In this document: in pieces, positions 26,585-34,017 of the stretch
How the letters are laid out: every line of letters starts with the position of its first letter
Numbering within the stretch: the stretch's first letter is position 1
DNA from: a virus
Taxonomy: Duplodnaviria > Caudoviricetes
Reading direction: 5' to 3' (one strand)
IMG/VR virus record: IMGVR_UViG_3300035227_000053
Coordinates: 1-39,986 of that record
DNA: 39,986 nt
Translations under genes and position numbers: made by a program
Notes under the pieces: model-generated
What the model was told of the DNA's origin: nothing
The model's database searches: none
Seen by the model: the letters and a program-made list of their open reading frames with translations, nothing else

Positions 26585-28036
26585 TTATTGCCAATCTACT
26601 TTTTCTATAGTAAACGGATAGTTCGCTTCTTTGTAAAATTTCTTACGTTGTGTTAAGTGTCTTTTACTAAATTTTGCTGAACTAGTAATGTCCCATATTT
26701 GAACATTGTCTTTATCTTCGGCTTTTCTTATTCCACGACCAATACTTTGAATAACTCTAACAAAACTCTTGCCAGGCTCGATAAGCACCAAATTAAAAAT
26801 ACGTGGAATGTTAATACCAACTGATGCAACTCCATATGTTGCCACAACAATTTGATTTGTTCCTTCATTAATATCGTCATAATGATCTCTACGATCATTT
26901 GTTTTCATAGATCCACTAACAAAGTTAGCATGTGGTAAATTATCACAAATTAATCCACCTGCTTTAATTCTGTCTACTAATACAAGTGTATTACCTGATT
27001 GAGATATTTTATCAATCAATCCACTTATATGTTCCATACGTGCTTTATCAGTAGTAAGATATGATAACTCACTTTGGTAGTTATTGTATTCAGCAAACTC
27101 TTTTAACTGAATTACATTAACATGACACTGACTAAGTACATCTATTTTTTGTAGTTCACTTGCACTAAGTCTATTAGTTACTTCACCTAAACATGCTTGT
27201 AAACTAACTTTCTCATGATCTGCTTTTGGAATTGTTCCTGTAAGTCCCCAACGAATTGGTACATTTGCAAATTCCTTAGTTAATAAGTCTTTGAGTACAT
27301 CAGCCTTCGCTTGATGTACTTCGTCCACTATAACGCAAACTACGTTGTCTGTGAAGTCCTGTAAACTAAGTTCGCTTAATCCATCACGGAACCTTTTTCT
27401 AATACTGTTTAAACTCTGCCACGTGCAGATAGTATGGGTCTTTCCTATCTCTTTTTTGTCGCCGAAATAAACGCCGACATCTAGTCCTAAGTTCGCGTAA
27501 TCGTCAGAAGTTTGTCTAACCAAGTCTTTATTTGGTACGATAACAATTGACCTTCCATACTTTTCTGCACGTTCAGAGAGTGCTGCCGTAATAAGTGTTT
27601 TACCTGCTCCTGTTGCAATTTCTTGCAAACAATGAGGTGTTTCTAAAAATTTATTTATACATTCAATTTGATAATCACGTAACGTGATCTTTTCACCAGC
27701 TAATTGGTGCTTTTCTGGCCATACTTTATGTTCAAATGTTGTTTCATCTACATGAGCGAATTTAAAATCATATATATTTCTAAGGTCATTAACATCTATT
27801 TGATAACCATCGTTCATTATAATAGGTAATACTCTATCAAGTAGATTAGTGTAAGTTATTCCACCAACTGTAAAGTAACTCGTACAACCATCCCATCTAC
27901 CTAACTTATATGCTGGTACATGAAACGCATACGGAAGAAAGAATTTTAATTCTTTTTCACATTTTCTACGGGTGGTAATATTTAGACCTTCTACTTTACA
28001 ATTTACTTCATCTTTTAAAGTAATTTTACATTTCAT
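26585..28036 (-). CDS. uvsW: SF2 DNA helicase UvsW
   Basis: LRDYQ, ATGAGKT, DEVH, GLTGT and QSIGRGIR motifs. Confidence 0.92.
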   Translation of the reverse strand: MKCKITLKDEVNCKVEGLNITTRRKCEKELKFFLPYAFHVPAYKLGRWDGCTSYFTVGGITYTNLLDRVLPIIMNDGYQIDVNDLRNIYDFKFAHVDETTFEHKVWPEKHQLAGEKITLRDYQIECINKFLETPHCLQEIATGAGKTLITAALSERAEKYGRSIVIVPNKDLVRQTSDDYANLGLDVGVYFGDKKEIGKTHTICTWQSLNSIRKRFRDGLSELSLQDFTDNVVCVIVDEVHQAKADVLKDLLTKEFANVPIRWGLTGTIPKADHEKVSLQACLGEVTNRLSASELQKIDVLSQCHVNVIQLKEFAEYNNYQSELSYLTTDKARMEHISGLIDKISQSGNTLVLVDRIKAGGLICDNLPHANFVSGSMKTNDRRDHYDDINEGTNQIVVATYGVASVGINIPRIFNLVLIEPGKSFVRVIQSIGRGIRKAEDKDNVQIWDITSSAKFSKRHLTQRKKFYKEANYPFTIEKVDWQ

Positions 28037-28059
28037 AAAAGTTTATATCCTTTAGTAGT

Positions 28060-28088
28060 ATAATACACTATTGTATAAGAAAAGTCAA
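28060..28088 (-). promoter_or_regulatory. sigma70-like promoter
   Basis: TTGACT-N17-TATTAT upstream of uvsW. Confidence 0.55.
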
Positions 28089-28112
28089 TGGTATTAAAGA
28101 TATTTAGCCAAT

Positions 28113-28138
28113 AAAAAAGCCCCGAAGGGCTTTTTTTT
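28113..28138 (-). terminator. rho-independent terminator with UUCG tetraloop (bidirectional)
   Basis: A8-GCCC-TTCG-GGGC-T6 on the minus strand. Confidence 0.9.
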
Positions 28139-28152
28139 AATATTTATTTTTA

Positions 28153-29019
28153 TTATGCTCTTCGCATACAAGTAACTTCTGCAGTTCGTTTCCACTTCTC
28201 GTCACCAAAACTCTTTTTCAAGTCTGCAAGTTTAGTTACCATACGTAAACTAATTTCACGCATCCTATCTTTATTATCAAGCATGAAATTTAAAATCTCT
28301 GCCTCTTCTTTTGCAGTAAATTGATATTCATTAAGCATACCATCTGCAACAATTTGTTGACATCTTAAAATCTTTTCACGCATAGTATCCATTGTAAGAT
28401 CTAAGTAATGACATCTTGACATAATTGCCGCTAAGTGATCTTTAATTTTACCACGTACATTATCAAACTTAAGGTTAGTAATAAAAATAACACTACCTTG
28501 GAATTCAAACATATCTGGAATTCCTTCACGTCTTAGTAATGCACTATCTGTATTCCAGTTCAATGTACGTTTCTTACATGAATCAAGTGCCGCTTTAAGT
28601 AAGTTAAGTGATGTTTCATCATATAGTACTGTATCACAGTCATCTAATACTAATACACTTTTTGAGTTAGCATTATTAAAAAGTACTTTGTACAAACCAA
28701 TTGCACTAGAAGCACCTTTAACAGTTTCAAATTTTGTTCCGTTACCAGCCATAACGTCAAACAAACTATTTTTTTCTAATACTTGTTCAACACCATAACT
28801 TTTACCAACTCCTGGAGGGCCTGTTACAACCATACCACGCACAACACCATCAATTGAGGCTTGTGTCATTTCATCTAATATTTGAAAACGCTCTCGCATA
28901 CGTTCTATAATTTGAGCATCTGTTTCGTTAGGGTTGTCCTTCACATTATTAGGAAGAACTTCAACAATTGTCTCGCCTTTTCTATTTTTACGAGATCTTT
29001 TAAGTTGCATCTTAGCCAT
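28153..29019 (-). CDS. AAA+ P-loop ATPase
   Basis: Walker A GPPGVGKS, Walker B VLVLDDCD, sensor IFITN and Arg-finger SRC. Confidence 0.88.
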   Translation of the reverse strand: MAKMQLKRSRKNRKGETIVEVLPNNVKDNPNETDAQIIERMRERFQILDEMTQASIDGVVRGMVVTGPPGVGKSYGVEQVLEKNSLFDVMAGNGTKFETVKGASSAIGLYKVLFNNANSKSVLVLDDCDTVLYDETSLNLLKAALDSCKKRTLNWNTDSALLRREGIPDMFEFQGSVIFITNLKFDNVRGKIKDHLAAIMSRCHYLDLTMDTMREKILRCQQIVADGMLNEYQFTAKEEAEILNFMLDNKDRMREISLRMVTKLADLKKSFGDEKWKRTAEVTCMRRA

Positions 29020-29052
29020 TTAAACTCCTTATTTTTAATTAACTATAACTAT

Positions 29053-29081
29053 AGTATACAGTAAGACGTCTTACTTGTCAA
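29053..29081 (-). promoter_or_regulatory. sigma70-like promoter with a 16-bp palindromic spacer
   Basis: TTGACA-N17-TATACT; the spacer contains AGTAAGACGTCTTACT (29060-29075). Confidence 0.8.
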
Positions 29082-29127
29082 CCTTTATTTTGTCTTATTT
29101 CCGATTTTTTAGGGGTTTTTATCATGG

Positions 29128-29161
29128 AATTGGGCCTATTTTTTTAAAAAAAGGCCCAATT
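29128..29161. terminator. stem-loop, probable terminator
   Basis: AATTGGGCCT...AGGCCCAATT inverted repeat downstream of the wHTH gene. Confidence 0.55.
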
Positions 29162-29182
29162 TTCAGCGTTAATAGCAATAAA

Positions 29183-29443
29183 TTATGCTAATACTCTTCT
29201 TTTAGCAATTACGTATTCATTTGATGCTCTTCCGACCATTCCTGAATCAACTGCTGTAGCTTTTACGTTAAAACCTTCATCTCTTAATTCTGAAAGTCTT
29301 GCACCTGGAGATGCTATATCTAATTTTTCTCTTAGATCATCTGCGGTAAATGATTTACCTGTTCCCCAGAATTTAGCTAATATTCTTTGGTTTTGAGTAC
29401 CTTCTTTAAAAAATTTAGTACCCACTTTGTTTTTCTTTGGCAT
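29183..29443 (-). CDS. winged helix-turn-helix DNA-binding protein
   Basis: TQNQRIL...FTADDLREKLDIASPGARLSELRDEGFNV...EY pattern. Confidence 0.8.
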   Translation of the reverse strand: MPKKNKVGTKFFKEGTQNQRILAKFWGTGKSFTADDLREKLDIASPGARLSELRDEGFNVKATAVDSGMVGRASNEYVIAKRRVLA

Positions 29444-29469
29444 TTTAACTCCTTTGTAGTTATTATGTC

Positions 29470-29524
29470 AAATAACATCATGTTATTTAAATACAATATT
29501 ATACTTGTTTTGCTAAATTGTCAA
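29470..29524 (-). promoter_or_regulatory. promoter plus downstream dyad (candidate autoregulatory operator)
   Basis: TTGACA-N17-TAATAT (29496-29524) and AAATAACAT-C-ATGTTATTT (29470-29488). Confidence 0.6.
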
Positions 29525-29536
29525 CCTTTAAAAACC

Positions 29537-30280
29537 CTATACTTCAAGGATTTTAACTCTATTAACCATTGTTTCTTTAGCATTTGTATACTTGGATAAT
29601 TCGTGTTTATTAATTGTTGCACGAATTTTAATGATTTTATCAGTAATAATATCACTAATATCTGGTTGATCTCTCCACCAAAACTTAATAATGTCTTTTT
29701 TAGCATAAATTGTAGTAATCATGTATATATCACTAGTTTGAATATACTTAACATCTAATACTTCTACAGTAATATCATAACGTTTCTTTTTTGTACCAAA
29801 ATATTGACTACTATGCTTCAAAGAAGACATTTTATCTTCTACTATTTCACGTTTTTTGTCAATACTTATACTATGTGGCAAACTAGCAATAATACTTACA
29901 GCAAATTTATTAACATCTGCATCATTTAATACCTTTGCAACGTTTTGTTCAAAATTGTTAAGACTATTAGTCATTTTCTTAATCATCAACTTACCATTGA
30001 TATTATCTATAAGATTATTAGCCTCATCATATTGTTCTTGTGTGAATTTAACTTTTGTATCTAAATATTGTGCCATTATGACAGTTTTGTTGTCAAATGT
30101 CTCTATAGGATCGATGTCTGGATTACTGTTATCAGTATATCCTTGCCCAGATCTAACAAAACCTTGCTTATTATGTACCGCAATAGCGGCACACATTACA
30201 TCACTAACTGTACTATATGGAAATGGTGTTTTTCTAGTCATTTTAGACTCCACTGGAATTATTAAATCATTATCAAACAT
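29537..30280 (-). CDS. hypothetical protein (possible C-terminal OB fold)
   Basis: 247-aa ORF with a beta-rich C-terminus ending ETMVNRVKI. Confidence 0.8.
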   Translation of the reverse strand: MFDNDLIIPVESKMTRKTPFPYSTVSDVMCAAIAVHNKQGFVRSGQGYTDNSNPDIDPIETFDNKTVIMAQYLDTKVKFTQEQYDEANNLIDNINGKLMIKKMTNSLNNFEQNVAKVLNDADVNKFAVSIIASLPHSISIDKKREIVEDKMSSLKHSSQYFGTKKKRYDITVEVLDVKYIQTSDIYMITTIYAKKDIIKFWWRDQPDISDIITDKIIKIRATINKHELSKYTNAKETMVNRVKILEV

Positions 30281-30294
30281 TTATTTATAAGTAT

Positions 30295-30323
30295 ATTATA
30301 TAACAAGACATCTTACTTGTCAA
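30295..30323 (-). promoter_or_regulatory. sigma70-like promoter sharing the operator-like spacer of 29053-29081
   Basis: TTGACA-N17-TATAAT; GGTTGACAAGTAAGAYGTCTT is shared between the two promoters. Confidence 0.8.
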
Positions 30324-31000
30324 CCGAAAAAACCATATTCTTTGTCAATTTTCGCCATTTGTTCTACTAACTGCTCAATTGATTGATTTTGCCAATCAGG
30401 AAAATATTTGTCAAGAAGTACATTATCACGCTCATAGTACTGTGTAACTGCATCTTTCATTGTCTGCGTATATTCTATTTCTAAGAAATCTTCTAGTTTT
30501 TCCAAATTTTTATTGTGTAACCAATCTTTAATATCTATATACAATATACTATCAGTTGTATGTTTCATCTCTTTTGGCCATTGACCAAACCTATATGGTG
30601 AATGACTTTGGCCTAACAAATGAGTCTTATCAAGTAATTTAATACATTGTAGTAATACTCCACGTCTTTCATACATTGGATCTTTTGTGTATAATCTAAC
30701 TACTGGCAATGTTCGTGTAGTTATGTGATCATGGGAGTTAGTTATAATTGGCTTGCCATGCCAAGTGCTGTAATATTCTACAGTATCGTCAGTTTGATAT
30801 TTGTTCTCTAGTATTGGCCCTATTGAATCATAATCTGGATCTTGTGGGTTGCGTTCAATAGCCTTATATGCATAAGCATTGAGTTTCTCTGAACGACAGA
30901 AGAATTGAAAATAATAAAATTTATCTGTATTAGTAACAATGTTACCAATAAAAAATTCACCGTGGAATCCACCAGGATACAATACAATGATACTTTTCAT
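30320..31000 (-). CDS. hypothetical protein (possible sulfotransferase/P-loop-like)
   Basis: N-terminal IIVLYPGGFHGEF loop; C-terminal LEKLEDFLEI. Confidence 0.6.
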   Translation of the reverse strand: MKSIIVLYPGGFHGEFFIGNIVTNTDKFYYFQFFCRSEKLNAYAYKAIERNPQDPDYDSIGPILENKYQTDDTVEYYSTWHGKPIITNSHDHITTRTLPVVRLYTKDPMYERRGVLLQCIKLLDKTHLLGQSHSPYRFGQWPKEMKHTTDSILYIDIKDWLHNKNLEKLEDFLEIEYTQTMKDAVTQYYERDNVLLDKYFPDWQNQSIEQLVEQMAKIDKEYGFFG

Positions 31001-31008
31001 ATTATTCT

Positions 31009-31467
31009 CTATAGTGAAATATCTTCAAGACCTGCCGCTCTGAGCTTAACAATGTTATTAATTTGGAATCCTTTAGCCTCTAGTGCTTTAATTATTCCAA
31101 TGTACTTGTTTCGTACTAAACTAAAATCATTAATAAGATATTGTAAATCTACAATTTCTTGTTCACCATCTACAAATTTATCTGCATCACGTGAACTAAG
31201 TGCTTTGTTATAATTTTCTAAAAACTTACGAAATGTTCTGGCTCGTATTTTACGCATTTCTATATTAAGAAACTCAAGTATTGCCTCAACCTCTTGTAAC
31301 TGGTTGAATCTATGTTCTACTATACCTGGCATTTCTCTACTATGCTTTTCTAGGATACCTTTCATACTGCATTCATACCGAGCCTCATCTATTTGTTTCT
31401 CATAATGAGCAATAGCAGGAACTATCTCTCCTAGATTTTCTGTTACTTTACGATACCACGTACTCAT
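31009..31467 (-). CDS. uvsY: recombination mediator UvsY
   Basis: C-terminal KGFQINNIVKLRAAGLED; near uvsX. Confidence 0.85.
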   Translation of the reverse strand: MSTWYRKVTENLGEIVPAIAHYEKQIDEARYECSMKGILEKHSREMPGIVEHRFNQLQEVEAILEFLNIEMRKIRARTFRKFLENYNKALSSRDADKFVDGEQEIVDLQYLINDFSLVRNKYIGIIKALEAKGFQINNIVKLRAAGLEDISL

Positions 31468-31733
31468 TAATACTCGTGCTCCTCATCATCATTATATTCT
31501 TCAACAAATTCATCTTCCTCTTCTTCTTCCGTAAAATGAGTATCTAATGCTTCAGCTAAGTATTCGCAATGATCTGCTATTTCTTTATAAGCTGGTTTAA
31601 GATCAAATCCAAAATCCTCCATATGATTTAAAGTTTTACGAGCCCATTCTAACTTATCTTTGTCTGCTATAAATTCTTGTGCTTCATCATATAAATTAAA
31701 AACAAACTCAAAATCTCCATCAGTTAAATTCAT
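31467..31733 (-). CDS. small acidic hypothetical protein
   Basis: 88 aa with an Asp/Glu tail, coupled between uvsX and uvsY. Confidence 0.8.
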   Translation of the reverse strand: MNLTDGDFEFVFNLYDEAQEFIADKDKLEWARKTLNHMEDFGFDLKPAYKEIADHCEYLAEALDTHFTEEEEEDEFVEEYNDDEEHEY

Positions 31734-32812
31734 ACTGTCTCCTCCTGTGTTGTTTCTTCAGTTTTCTCAGCATCAGCAACGTCATCATCATATTCTAACA
31801 TTATTGTGTCTAATGCACCATTTTTATTTGCATTCCATGGTTTACGAAACATTTTAATTATTTCACCTGTTACAGGACTAGTGTATTCTAAACTGTTTCC
31901 ACTTTTTACTAGCAAACCCTTCGCTTCAAAAAAGTCTGTTAGTCCGCTATGCACACTCATACCTGTTTCATATGGAATTTCAACTTGTACTGATTCAAAT
32001 GGTTTTGCATAACGTGATTTCATTACTTTACACGCCGCTCTAATACCAAATACTTGACTAGTTTTATTTCCATCAGCATCTATTTTTAATTTAAGTTTCT
32101 TCATCGCAATAACGATACTTGATGCATATATAAATCCTTGTCCACCTGATATCTTATCATCTGGATCAAACATATCTTGCGATGCATATGTATGGTTAGT
32201 TGCTAGTAATCCTACGTTGTATTGTCCAAACATATTAACTGTGTTACGTACTAATGATGTTAGTGCTTTAGGTTTACGACCCATATCACCCTTCATGTCA
32301 CCTTTTTGAAACTGGTCAACATCTGTTGGAGTTAGTAGCATACCTAATGAATCAACTACAAACAACACTTTAGGTCGCTCTTCTGATTCTGTCTCAGAAT
32401 ACTCTGCTTTGTAATCTTTCATAAAGTCACTAATTGTTTTAGCAACATCATCAATCATACTCATGTTTAATTTTAGTAGTTTTTCTGGTGTAGTGTCTAC
32501 GTTTAGTGCATGGAGCCATTTCTCATCGAGTGCGTTTTCCGAATCAATAAGAATAACAAAAATGCCCTGGTCTTGTGCCGCTTTAACTACGTTACCTGCG
32601 GCAATAAATGATTTACCTGCACCGCTTTCGCCTGCAAGTACTGTTACTTTACCTAATGGAATGCCTTTATTAAAGTCATTACTAATAAGTTTGTTTAATG
32701 TGTAATTTCCGGTACTAATCCAAGTATCTGGGTCGTTGAATCCAACACTTAACCCAGGAACACTTTTAGTAATACTTTTTCGGAATTTACTTACGTCAAA
32801 TGGTCTTGCCAT
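31730..32812 (-). CDS. uvsX: RecA-like recombinase UvsX
   Basis: GESGAGKS, IDSENA, VVDSLG, TNHTY and SGGQG motifs. Confidence 0.95.
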   Translation of the reverse strand: MARPFDVSKFRKSITKSVPGLSVGFNDPDTWISTGNYTLNKLISNDFNKGIPLGKVTVLAGESGAGKSFIAAGNVVKAAQDQGIFVILIDSENALDEKWLHALNVDTTPEKLLKLNMSMIDDVAKTISDFMKDYKAEYSETESEERPKVLFVVDSLGMLLTPTDVDQFQKGDMKGDMGRKPKALTSLVRNTVNMFGQYNVGLLATNHTYASQDMFDPDDKISGGQGFIYASSIVIAMKKLKLKIDADGNKTSQVFGIRAACKVMKSRYAKPFESVQVEIPYETGMSVHSGLTDFFEAKGLLVKSGNSLEYTSPVTGEIIKMFRKPWNANKNGALDTIMLEYDDDVADAEKTEETTQEETV

Positions 32813-32829
32813 AATTTTCTCCTTCTAAG

Positions 32830-32852
32830 AGTGGGGGATTTTACCCCCCACT
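32830..32852 (-). terminator. GC-rich stem-loop after the SSB gene (terminator or stabiliser)
   Basis: AGTGGGGGG-TAAAA-TCCCCCACT followed by a short pyrimidine run. Confidence 0.6.
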
Positions 32853-32864
32853 AATTTATATTAC

Positions 32865-33869
32865 TTATTGTTTTCTATTTCTAATAGCTGTCAATATGTC
32901 CTGAGCACTCGGTGTCTCAGTTGTAGGTGCCGCTGTAGCAGTAGCCATTTCTGGCTCTTTTGCTGGTGCCGCTTGAGCAACTGGTGCTGGTGTTGGTGCT
33001 GTCGCAACAACTGGTGCTGTTTCAACAACTGGTGCTGTAGGTGCTGGTGTTGGTGCAGGTTTTGCTCCTGTAACCAACGGTGCATCTACACCAAATGGAC
33101 GATAGTAAGAACCAAAACGTGCTGGATCATACAACTGCCCATCAACACTTGCTTCGAACATTTCGAATATAGCATTTAGAGTTTCAGCGTCTGGTCTTTT
33201 AGGAAGATAATCATTTAGATTATACAAACCGTGTGTTGCAACTGCATCACGTTCTGTTTGATCTAAACTACGCTCCCTACGAGCCCAATTAGATGTGCTG
33301 TAATCAGCATACTGACCTTTGGTAGACTTTTTAACTGTAAAATCTGTACCTAGTTCATAGTCAGTTGGAATTTCCTGGAATTCAGGATCCATTAGTGCTG
33401 AACTGATAATTTTATAAATTTGAGGTGAAATCACAAAACGTCGAATTGGATTTTCAGGAACTGTGTCCTCTTGCAATTCGCTTTGTGTTACAAAACCTTG
33501 GAAGATGTACGAACGTTTCTTCCAATACTTACGACCCATGTCTTCCATAGTAGGGTCTTTAAACCAAGGACGAATCTCTGCGTGAACAGGACATTGTTCG
33601 CCCCACATTTCAACGCATGGAACTTGTACTGTTACAGGTTTAGTTTCGTCTTGACCTTTTACACCTGGAAAACTCAAACGAATCATTTGACGTTCTTTCC
33701 AAAAGAACGTATTACCTTCGTCTGCGTCAGGTAGGAAACGTAGTGTTGCACTAGTTCCTTCTGGAATATTCCAATGTGTGAAAATGGCGTTATCGCCAGT
33801 TGTGTTGGAGCTTGAGCTCCTAGATTCCTGTGCTTGTAGTTTTGCACGGATTTCTGCTAAAGATGCCAT
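32865..33869 (-). CDS. single-stranded DNA-binding protein (T4 gp32-like)
   Basis: LRFLPD, C.EMWGEQCPV, YWKKRSY, G.DF..KK..KGQYADYSTSNW; Pro/Ala linker. Confidence 0.9.
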   Translation of the reverse strand: MASLAEIRAKLQAQESRSSSSNTTGDNAIFTHWNIPEGTSATLRFLPDADEGNTFFWKERQMIRLSFPGVKGQDETKPVTVQVPCVEMWGEQCPVHAEIRPWFKDPTMEDMGRKYWKKRSYIFQGFVTQSELQEDTVPENPIRRFVISPQIYKIISSALMDPEFQEIPTDYELGTDFTVKKSTKGQYADYSTSNWARRERSLDQTERDAVATHGLYNLNDYLPKRPDAETLNAIFEMFEASVDGQLYDPARFGSYYRPFGVDAPLVTGAKPAPTPAPTAPVVETAPVVATAPTPAPVAQAAPAKEPEMATATAAPTTETPSAQDILTAIRNRKQ

Positions 33870-33970
33870 AATGTTTCTCCTTTATTAGCCTTTAATAGTT
33901 TTTCGTGTAACCTATTGATTACTTTTGCCTTTGTGTAGCATTTAGCTACTTTTGCCTTTAGTTGCCCTTA
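33870..33970 (-). ncRNA. structured repetitive 5' leader of the SSB gene (candidate cis-regulatory RNA)
   Basis: Two tandem AAAGGCAAAA-hairpin-AC units plus further AAGG(G)C copies. Confidence 0.6.
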
Positions 33971-33971
33971 C

Positions 33972-34000
33972 AGTATAACATTTATAGTACTCACTGTCAA
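33972..34000 (-). promoter_or_regulatory. sigma70-like promoter
   Basis: TTGACA-N17-TATACT upstream of the SSB leader. Confidence 0.75.
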
Positions 34001-34017
34001 GTACTTTTTAAGAAAAA

